The position numbers were made by a program, and so were the translations under genes. The notes beneath the pieces were generated by a model. It made no database searches, was not told where the DNA came from, and worked only from the letters and a program-made list of their open reading frames with translations. Below, piece by piece: positions 53,996 to 64,000 of a DNA stretch of 64,000 nt (the stretch's first letter is position 1; the number at the start of each line of letters is the position of its first letter). The DNA comes from Lytechinus pictus (taxonomy: Eukaryota). The stretch covers positions 36,458,001-36,522,000 of the forward strand of contig NC_087251.1 of the NCBI RefSeq assembly GCF_037042905.1, in the 5' to 3' direction.

Positions 53996-54081
53996 GTCAT
54001 TTCCAACAGCGTAATGTAGAGCAGTGACAGAGACTTCAGCTCTAAAACTAAAAATTGTCACTTTTTTTCTCTCCCATTTAG

Positions 54082-54171
54082 ACATAAAACAAACAGATGC
54101 TGGTAAATACTCATGTACAGCAGCAAATGGAATCAGTACAAGAACAGCAAATGCAGTGATTTCTGTATCAG
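54082..54171 (+). CDS. PAPLN: Papilin exon, Ig domain 3 second half (DIKQTDAGKYSCTAANG...)
   Basis: tag/gtaaat; DxGxYxC motif. Confidence 0.93.
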
Positions 54172-54324
54172 GTAAATCAATTTAGTTAATATTTATCATT
54201 AATAAGTTGGTATTGGTAGAATGAATTATAGAATATAATTTTTCAAGTTATAAACTTAATTTGCACATTTCTATTTTGAAAGTTGCATCAGAAGTCATTT
54301 ATCAATATTTATTGTCAACTTCTC

Positions 54325-54590
54325 CACCATAATCATCACTGCCACCACCACATCAACATCATTACCATTATAATCATCACTGCTATCATCTCCATTATCA
54401 TCATTACCACCATCAAAATCATCAACATCACCACCATCATTATCATCATCATTCATCACCATCATCACCACCACCATCATGTCTATTATCATCACCACTG
54501 CCATCATCTTCTCCATTAATCTTCATCATCCAAACCATCGTCGTCGTCATCACCAACATCATCTACCATAACCCTAAACACCATAATCAC
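54325..54590. repeat. Degenerate (CAT/CAC)n microsatellite
   Basis: Directly visible. Confidence 0.9.
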
Positions 54591-54669
54591 ACTTTATACA
54601 ACCAGAAACTTTACAGGTTGGAAGAAGTATAATCCCCTTCCCCCTTCTTTCTTTCCCCCCTTTACTCAG

Positions 54670-54827
54670 GTGCTGAGGTTGATCCAAATTGTCAAGACCA
54701 GCCACAGTACGTATCCTGTCAGCTCATTGTTATAGCAAAGCTTTGCTCGACGTATCCATACGGCAAGTTCTGTTGTAGAACATGTCGAGACAATGGCATG
54801 CTACCACTCACCACTGCTACGCCTTGA
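54670..54827 (+). CDS. PAPLN: Papilin last coding exon, PLAC domain (CQDQPQYVSCQLIVIAKLCSTYPYGKFCCRTC) and stop
   Basis: cag acceptor; six-Cys PLAC pattern ending CCxTC; TGA at 54825-54827. Confidence 0.95.
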
Positions 54828-55737
54828 ATGTATAAGGAGGAGCTGATTTTTACCATTTTGCCAACCAAGACCACTCCAGATATCTTCATATTTTTTAAAG
54901 GATTCTTATAATTTAGGTACCTCTTGTTTAATCTCAGTTATTATCCTAAGAGAAAAGTTTAAAAAACTTCTCATTTGAAAAGAAAGTTAAATTTTGTTAT
55001 GTCCTTTATTTTTTGACTTGGTCAAGACCCCCCAAATTATTCATAATCTGAGGAGAATCAAATCATTTTATGTGAAATTTAAATTCCATCCATAATCTTT
55101 TACCATTTTATGTTCTTCGAAGTTGTGAGTCAGTAAATATTTTAAATGAAGAGCACAAATCATTTTGGATTTTAATGTTCTTAACAGTTTATTTCTTTTA
55201 AACTGTTTTTGTTTTTGTTTTTAATCACATTACACCAAGAAACAATATGAGGTACTTATCAATATATTGCAATATGAAATTATTTGTGGACGATTGTTAA
55301 AAACCAGTATGCCATTCACCATATTTGTGCTTCCAAATGTTTGGAAGTCATGGATCTGATTTTCTAACTTAATATTTTTCTATTCATAAAGGTTGGTAAT
55401 ATCTGACATTTACTAGAAGATTGTTAATAATCTCAGTGCTATAAGCTTACTGCACAACTTATGACCAGGGTCCTGTTAAAAAAAAAACTTATGATAAAAT
55501 ATAGCAGTGTAAATGCACTGAAATCATTCAATGTGATTGTGAACTAGTGATAGAAATTGTGCATTTGTTATTATAACAAGTCTTTGTGAAGCAGGGTCCT
55601 GTCTTGCCTGTGATTGGTATGCGACTGAAGGGGGGGGGGGGGTATATAAACAGGCATGAGACTTGATACTACATGTACATTAATGATTCGACTAATGTGT
55701 CTGATAGTTTTACAAGTATGAAATCATACCAATCCTG

Positions 55738-56009
55738 GGCCCCGTCTACAAAGAGTTACGATTGATCCGATCAATCTTAACTCTATGGAAATCCATCAGT
55801 GTCATAATTTTTTTCTACGAAAAAAATGCACAATGACCTTTGTATGCAGAGAGAAGCACAGTGAATTTTCAAGAAAACAATGAATGCATGAATGTACATG
55901 TACATCATAGAAAATATTTGGAAAAAACATGCATTTTATATGTTGACTTTGCTGGCTTTCCATAGTTGCGATTGATCGGATCAATCGTAACTCTTTGTAA
56001 GACGATGCC
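55738..56009. mobile_element. Harbinger-type MITE, same family as 37897-38174
   Basis: Shared TIRs and body; ctg flanks. Confidence 0.85.
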
Positions 56010-58004
56010 CTGGAAGTTGGGTGGATAGCCAATAATTGTTATGAAACTCACAAGCTGAAAGGACAGTATGTCACATCACCTCCTCCATTTAGTAGCAGTA
56101 AAAGGGGGAGCATTTCATGAAAGAAATGGTGATTTGTGGTTTCAAATTTGCTCTGAGCCAATCGTATGCAATGGTTTCGGTAGCTTGTAACTGTCAGTGA
56201 AAATCCCCAACAAAACTTGTTATGGATACTCCCCAAATATCAACAAAGGGATCTGATAATGACAAAATATGGAAGTAAAGGCGGTGTGAATGCAAGAATG
56301 CAATTCTTAAGATGAACCCCTCCATTGTCTTTCAGTTCCTCAACTCTTTCAGGCCTAGAAATCATTTTTTTTTTTTACATTTTGTAAGCACAATGGATTG
56401 TATATTTGAACAAAACATTCGCAAATGATCCTGAATATGCATTAGAAAACAACATAGTCCACTTATCTTGTCATGAAATATTTCAGCATATGTGCTTCTA
56501 GAATGATTTATGTTATACAATTTCGATTTTAAGATACAACATATTTATAAGCTTAATTTTAATATTAGTTTCACGACAGTCTTAGAAAGTTGATGTACAT
56601 ATATATTTTTGTGTTAATTGATTGTTGTGATTAGCCTTTGAGCCTCTTAAACATTTTTTTGTTTACATTTTTAATTTCTATTGGTAATTGTTTTGAAATT
56701 ATTATGGCATAGCCCAATTCTTTTGTATATAACACCCGTGGTATTAATACTCCTTATTTATAAATATATATATTTCAGTGGGTGCTTTTTGTATGTTTCA
56801 ACTTGTGTGTCTATGAGGTTAAATGTTGATATGTTATACATGATATTATCATTGTTTCTTAAAGTGATCATAAAGATTCATTCATTCAGTTATTGCAAAT
56901 AAGTTGCAAAAAAAACTTTTCAAGGTTTACTCTGCATTTATTTTGTATTTTGGTAGTTTGTAGTTATATTTTGAGAGAAGAGTATCTTGTACTTTCCACA
57001 ATGGTGCTAAATGATTTGCTGCATTTGTATATGCCAAAGTGTACTGCAACAGCAAATTATATACTACTATTTTACACATTACTTGGTTGTATTTGTGTAG
57101 TCATAAGCCTGACAATCTGCAGAGCATATAACTTTTTAATACTTTCATAGATTTGATGACCAAATGTAGATTAATCTTGAATTATGGTTAGACTTTGTAT
57201 TCATTGATTGCAAGAGCATATTTTGTGGCTTGAATGTTTGTTTGGGGAGGTGGCTGTATAGAATTTCAAAAGAATTAAACAAATCAGTGTTAAAACTTCT
57301 CTAAAATGTAACTTCATAGCTGGAAAAAATGCATGAAATACATTCACAATATATTGTAAGTCGATATTTCAGCGTGTTTTTCTTTATACACAAATTTTTT
57401 AAGAATATGGGACCAACGTAAGGACATTTTTCACGCATCTTAAGTATATGTTTAAAAGTTTACGTGTTACCTACTGACTATGCATTTGTTCATTCTATTA
57501 CATGTAGCTACTGGAATGTTATAGCAATAAGTGCACTTTACAAGACTGTATTGCTGCCTGAGGTGTACCTGATTTGTCAACATTTCAGCAACTTTATACC
57601 GTCATATGGATCTACTTTTTATGCATATGTACATTCATGCTGCACTTTGCTACAGGGATTTTTGAACTTATTTGTTTTTGTAACAAACACTGTTTATTAC
57701 AACATTCTACATACAGTACATGTAATAATCCAAGCACCAACTTGATTTTGATGTAACAAAGCCCCCCAAAATTGTACATTATCAAGAAGAGAAGATCATC
57801 TGTATACATATACTGGCTAAGGGTATTGTTTATCGTCATCTATTTGCATGTAGCAATGGTCCCAAAATAGCACTACACTACCCACATTTTCAAATAAAAC
57901 TTGATGTGTTCACTCATGATGCATATTCATCAAGTTAGATATCAAATTTTATTGTTTAATGTCATCAATTTACTCTTGCAATTGTTTGTCATGGAATCTA
58001 ACAG

Positions 58005-58250
58005 GGTCCCATCTTACAAAGAGTTATATCTATGGAAATTCATATGTGTCATAATTTTTTCTACAGGAAATATACACAATGTCCTTTGAAAACAAAAGAG
58101 AAGCACAGTGAATTTACAAGAAAACAATGAATGCATGTATATACATAATAGAAAATATTTTGAACAGACATGCTTAATAGATGTTGATGTTGCTGGCCGT
58201 CCATAGTTGTGATTGATCGGATCAATCACAACTCTTTGTAAAATGGGAAC
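58005..58250. mobile_element. Harbinger-type MITE, same family as 37897-38174
   Basis: Shared TIRs and body; cag/ctg flanks. Confidence 0.82.
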
Positions 58251-58903
58251 CTGATCAAGTAGTTTGTTCTACTTTTTTTTTCTAAGAATTTATTTACAGC
58301 ATAATTAATGTAAATACTCCCAAATTTACAGGAAGTCTGAGTCATTTTGTACTCACTTGCATGTATTATCAATTTGGAATATTCTGATTGAAAAGGTGCA
58401 TTTATTTATATATTGTAAGTGAAATTATGAGCTATTTTTGGAGCTGGAGAAAAAAAAATCTTTGTTTATTGTGTAATTCAGTATCCACATCTTTTTATAT
58501 TCTTGAATTAATTCAAAACAAGTATTTCTATATAAAGTAGATTTCTCTGTATGAGTTTTGAGGGGGAAAAAGTCCATATTTCACAACATACAAGTACATG
58601 AGAATTGTATATTTTTATGCTTTTTGTAATACTCCCTTTTTATGTATGGTTTTGTTTCAATATATCAGCCTACATCGGTATAAACTAATAACTGCCTTCC
58701 ATAATGTATGCCTATTCTTACAAACTGATTGATTCTTTACTTGCATAACACAATATTTTTTTTTTCTGTACTGAAAGTATTTCCTCTTTTTCTTGAAAGT
58801 AACAACTAGAATAGGAATACATACATTTCTTCTTGATATCAAGTATATACTCAGTGTATCCAAGTAATACTGTTGCTAGTTTGCTACACACTTTTCCTGA
58901 TAA

Positions 58904-59272
58904 GGGCCATTCTTGGTCACGTGTGTGACACAAATCATCAAAAAATCATGACTTAAATAAGCTACAAATCTAGTGATTTATAACTAATTATGATCACTTT
59001 AAAAGTTTAGTTTCATTTTGAAATTCACAGGAATTTACAAATGAAATTAAACTTTCTAAATCATGCTTCTGTGTGAAATCACACATGTGACCCACTTCTT
59101 TTGACCTCTGACCTTGAACCTGCATATTGGAGACAGCAAAAATTATTTTCAAATGATAGCTGACTAAACATGTTAATGTTATATAACCTTTGAATTACTA
59201 AATCTTTAAAAAATTTAGAGTCAAGTCAAGATTTGTCATAATTTTGGTCACACACGTGATCAAGAATGGCCC
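58904..59272. mobile_element. MITE
   Basis: gggccattcttggtcacgtgtgtgac ... gtcacacacgtgatcaagaatggccc. Confidence 0.82.
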
Positions 59273-61590
59273 ATAAAGCAATTATTTTACTGATGAGCAT
59301 TTGCTGGTTTTAATTGACATGGACTGATGTTTGAAATTAATGCCGGGATATTACAGTCAACAGTTTTAATCGGGTTAGGATAAATATCCTCTTCAAATGG
59401 TGCTTGTAACTCAGAAAGTTTTAAGATTTATACATACTATGCAGGCCACGCTAAGAAAAAAGAAATGTTGATACATACTTACATGTAACTGTACAAATAA
59501 AAGGAAGTCAAATAACTGTAAGATTTACATATATATTTTATTATCTTTTCGTTCTGCCAATTTTTTAATACAAATTGCATCATGATGAAGATAAGACTTT
59601 ATCTGAAACTTTTGTCCCATACACTTTTTATTCTTGTCAATCATCATCGTTAGGAACCTTACCAAAAGTCAGTGCTGCGCCTTCTAGCAAAAATACTGCT
59701 TCAATGGTGCTAAGCGTATAGAGGCTTACCTACATTCCCCATAATTATGTCTATTGTGAAATGTGAAGATTGCCACCGGAAAAAAAACATGTGGATGATT
59801 CCCGCCAAGAAGGCGTGGCTCTGACTTTTGGGAAGATGCCTCAGAAGGACCAAGTTTCTCAAAGTGGGCCAACATTTGAAAGACCAGAGTCTTCCATTTA
59901 ATACTTTAAACACTTGTAAGTCAACAGAAATTTATTGACAATCTTGAGAATAAAAATTTGCATTTGTATAAACTTGATTTCACTTTGTTTTCTTGTTCTT
60001 GTGTTTCGCATATTTATCAATATTTTTTGGGGGTGATTCAAGCTTCTTTGATAAATGCTTTGCACTGAGCATCCTTCCATTTCAAGAAAAATACATTCAT
60101 GTGAAACCCAATAAAACTTTAATAAAGCTACCTTCTCTGATACTGCAAATATATGAAATCTCCCTACATTATATTTATTCTGGACCTGAAATTTATGCCT
60201 CCATTATCGCCAGACTCGAGTGTGTTACACACCTTACTTCTCAAATTGTAAACTATTGACCTATGTGACCTCTGACATTGTGCCCCCAAAATTAAAAACA
60301 GATCAGTACAAGTGCTTTATTACATGAGCAAATTTTGGAGTTGATCATTCAAACGGTTACGCCCTTTCTTCATGACAGTTTCTTGACCTGGGACTATTGT
60401 TAACCCTATATCATCCTTAATACTAGTTTTTCCTAATCCTGGAATAGTGGTAGCCATTTGTGAGTGTTTATCACTGATTTGACAACAGCGCTGGCTCTGT
60501 TGCCCCTAGGGCACACATCGAGCCCATCCTTGGCTTGGCAGAGTTCTGTTCTCACAATAACTCTTAATCTTGGCATTTCACGCTAAACACTGCAATTGCC
60601 CAGCTAACCCTGGGCCACATAGTCCTGTACTAATGGTGGGCGAACAAAAATTAGTGAGAACAGAAAGAAGACTAAGCTTAACACTGAATTATAGTGGCAC
60701 TATGTTGCCATTTAGCCCCCCCCCCCTCCATAGTATTGGGTTATGGAAATATTTGGATAGTGAGAAAAGGGTGTTAGTTGATTATGTGACCTTTGACCTC
60801 ATGACCCCAAACTCTATCACTCACATTATCCAAGTGTAAAACTGGTCCCTCATATACTTATCTAGCTATCAATGTATGACCTATGTGATCTTTGACCTTG
60901 ATACCCTGAAACTAATAAGATCACTGATCAATCCTATTGCATAGTTGGACCAAGTTTCTAGTTGATCTGGCAAACAGTCTTGAGTTCTAAAGTTCTTGAG
61001 TTATTGTGAGAGAGTGAAGACGGGATGGACGGACATAAGAACTCCGCTAACCAACTATAATGGGAAGCAGTATCACAAATAAATCTGGTGCTATGTTGGT
61101 GTAACACCATTTGATGCACATAAATATAATTGGCAATGCAATGGGACTTTACATAAATTTCTATAAGGCCCACCTAGTAGTAGTCAAGATCATGAAATGG
61201 CATTGGTGAAGTACAACTACAAGATATAAAATCTAATTTAGAAATATGCATGCTGATTAAGAAGACAAATCCAGCTTGTCTCCAAAAACAATGAAGGCTG
61301 ATGCTCAACAAGACTTGTCAAAACAGACAAGTACACTTCATTGTCACTCCTGACTCCTTGACCTAATAATGCTTTTCACTGTTTCATCCATCCATTCCTC
61401 AAGAGTTGTTCATCTAGCTCCTGCAGATATTTATTAGCACCTTCCAATTGTTCGTCAACACTTCTGTAAGATCCATCTTCATTAATCCTGGCAATCCTAC
61501 ATTGGTTGTCAATGATTACGGCTTTCTTGACAATCTCTTTTTTCAGTCAGCCAGGGTGTTAGATCCTGGCAATCCTTGTAGCATTGATCA

Positions 61591-61728
61591 TCAATGATTC
61601 TGATTTTCTTGACGATCTCTCTCTTCAGTCAGCCGCTTTGTAAGAGCGATCTGTCTCTCCAGCTCTTCTCTATTCTGCCGTTTTCTCTCTTGCCTTTCCA
61701 GGTCTTTGTAAATGCCTTCACGTAATTT
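61591..61728 (-). CDS. PET117: PET117-like cytochrome c oxidase assembly factor, last coding exon (KLREGIYKDLERQERKRQNREELERQIALTKRLTEERDRQENQNH*)
   Basis: Strong minus-strand acceptor (ttttttccttttcag), phase 0. The peptide resembles the PET117 C-terminus (RLRDGVIRDIERQ..K..N...L..QI.LT..L..ER), recalled from memory. The N-terminal exon was not found in the window. Confidence 0.8.
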   Translation of the reverse strand, partial: KLREGIYKDLERQERKRQNREELERQIALTKRLTEERDRQENQNH

Positions 61729-61985
61729 CTGAAAAGGAAAAAATACTGTAAAACGTCAATAAAATCAATGCTACTGATGCTTCACATGGATGGGACGGTG
61801 ACCCATTTTTACACAGGTGCATGTGAACTGAATGAGCACTCAATCTCGGACATAACCAATGTCAATCTTTGTTTATCCTTAAAAATTCTTAGCCTATAGA
61901 ATATCAGAAATGGTATAAAATAAGACATTGTAAAAATCTTTGACAGAATAGGGTACCCATTAAAAAAGACATGATTAAAGTCGCT

Positions 61986-62085
61986 TGATTGCCGTCATAC
62001 GTCAGCGCAGCTACAGCTGAGCGTACAATCATGCCAGCCAATCGATTGGCGTGTCCATACGCTCGGCTGTAGCTGACGGCAATCA
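61986..62085. repeat. ~100-bp palindromic element
   Basis: tgattgccgtca...cagctacagctgagcgta mirrored by tacgctcggctgtagctgacggcaatca. Confidence 0.7.
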
Positions 62086-62786
62086 AAGAAGAACCTGGCT
62101 GATCCCAATCTGTTTGTCATAAAAATTCGCTATTTTCCAGCATATTTTTCGGAAAGGTGGTGAGCTGATTGTATTTGATATAAATTTATCTTTATTATTT
62201 CTTCCTTTTTCCCTGTCAAAAAGCTAAATTTAGGAGTAATCAAGAAGGGTGCAAAAGCACACCCTTTCTAAATGTATGATATAGTTGAGCGGCGGTTGTT
62301 TGCTCCACCGTTACGAGCCCAACGGCTGTCATCTGATGGTCTGTGTAGGACAAAAAATCAGAAAATGTTGAAAAACTCCTCCAAAACAGCAAATTTATTA
62401 GTCTACTCTCCAATACATCATTCCACGAACAAGGTAATATGATATAACAATATATGCATGGGAGACAATCTCTGATATTGGAGACTTTTGTTTTGTGTGT
62501 GGATGATCATGAAAACATATTTTGTTTTGTGATTGTGTGTGTGGATGATCACGAAATTCGAAAACATAGATCTTAATTATTTCTGTAATTTGTAAACTCT
62601 GTAAGTCTGTTCTTGTGATGGGGTTGCCCCGGGAACCTCGACACGACGTCTTTAGACAGTGTCGAGGTCCTGAACGCTCCCACTCGTTCTCACCGGAGTG
62701 CACTGATGCACTAGATTAATCGCTAAATTACAAAAACATGGATGATAAAACGAAACCAAAAATACGACAGTTAGGACTGACCTTAC

Positions 62787-62923
62787 CTAAACAAACTGAG
62801 TTCAAGATACGTTCTCCTTAAAATTACGAAAATTCGATGGAATCGTACAACAGAGGATCAATTTTCGGATTTCGTACGAATCGCCATGTTGAATTAAATG
62901 AAAAACATGTATGCGCATGCGCA
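62787..62923 (-). promoter_or_regulatory. Housekeeping-type promoter and putative non-coding first exon
   Basis: Perfect NRF1/P3A2 palindrome TGCGCATGCGCA at 62912-62923; YY1-like AACATGGCG at 62882-62890 (-); CpG-rich; donor ag/gtaagg at 62787/62786. Confidence 0.6.
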
Positions 62924-64000
62924 ACATGAATATTTATAAGATGTCGTCACTGTTAAGGTTAATGAATATGCATTACAAGAAGAGATAAGAAAACTTCGGT
63001 CGAATCACGAACTTGCTTTTCAAATAAATCGCGATTTAGGTATTTCAGTAATGGATATCAATCTTGCTTGCATTTAAGGACGTTCCACAGTTAAAGTAAA
63101 ATCCATGTCATTTTCACCAAACTTTGCACATAGATACTTTAGAATCTTAATATTCGAAATATGCAAAAATTAATATAGGTCCATGTGCTTGATTTTTTGC
63201 TATAGAGCTTCAAAGTTCACCCAAATTGATGTTCTTAAGAATTGCGCATTCAAAAGAATTTGGCATTTTTAGACCGCCCAAGATTACTACAAGGAGTTTA
63301 AACCTCTATTACTCAGTCAAAATACATGAAAAAGTCATCAAATTTCGCAAGAGAGTTGATAATTATATCGTTAGAATGGAGAATCTATTCATTGTGCTAT
63401 TTGTTTGCAATTTTAAGTTTAACAGCACTGTCAGTTCTTAAAAATGGCGTAAAAGATAACAAAATCCCAATCTAAAAAATGTAAAATTTCAGTAACAAAC
63501 TACAAACGTACAATAAATGCTGCACTTTATTCAAAATCCATGTCATTTTCACCAAAATGTGCAGAATTGTAAAGGAAGGTTTACCTAAGACGTACAAACA
63601 TAAAAAAATAGGGGTTCATGTGCTTGTTTTTAAACTATCAGCATATTTATTAGAGCAAATGTGCTTTTTAAAACACAAAAAATGCGCCGAATGCTTAGTA
63701 TCTATGTGAAGAAAAAATCAAAACCACTCTACCATTTATTCAAACTCGGGGTAATATTCGTGATTCTTGGCAGCACTGCAAAGTAAAGTATTTTGAAATT
63801 GTAGAGAATATTTTTTTTTAATGGTCCATGGAATAATTCAATTTTTTAGCTTCATGAAATAATGCATCGGATCTGCAGTTAAAGTGCAGAAGATGAGAAA
63901 AATCATCTCATACCCGCAGCTAATTAATCACCTATTCATCCATTGTGACGTCAGCGCGCAGAGTGTAAACTATGCGCAGATCATAATGCGCACAAACATA

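Larger units (their letters stand above)
88..54827 (+). other. PAPLN: Papilin gene span, 5'-truncated by the window; 25 coding exons
   Basis: Exon phases are consistent across all GT-AG junctions. The order spacer-TSP1-Cys-rich-Kunitz-Ig-PLAC is diagnostic of papilin. Confidence 0.93.

Noticed and set aside
61377..61548. ~56-codon open frame on the minus strand after the PET117 stop
   Set aside because: No upstream ATG or acceptor; it partly derives from the local duplication.

Overview
AT-rich, intron-rich animal genomic DNA; the repeat content suggests a marine invertebrate deuterostome such as a sea urchin, which is an inference. Most of the window (88-54827, + strand) is the central and 3' part of a papilin gene. 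I traced 25 GT-AG coding exons that join in frame, about 5,170 nt or 1,720 aa; the 5' exons lie upstream of the window. Domain order: ADAMTS spacer, 6 TSP1 repeats, a Thr/Glu-rich mucin-like exon, 3 papilin Cys-rich (CCPDG) repeats, 4 Kunitz, 4 thyroglobulin type-1, an acidic linker, 3 Ig, PLAC. A convergent PET117-like last coding exon lies on the - strand (61591-61728), with an NRF1/YY1-type promoter near 62.9 kb. Introns are full of MITEs (several nested), tRNA-derived SINEs and microsatellites. Top observations: two minimal Penelope-type hammerhead ribozyme motifs (4010-4050 intact; 48955-48993 with a core variant), thyroglobulin domains inside papilin, and a candidate alternative terminal exon (34329-34396) giving a short ADAMTSL-like isoform with a polybasic tail. 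All calls were made by eye; no database searches were run.
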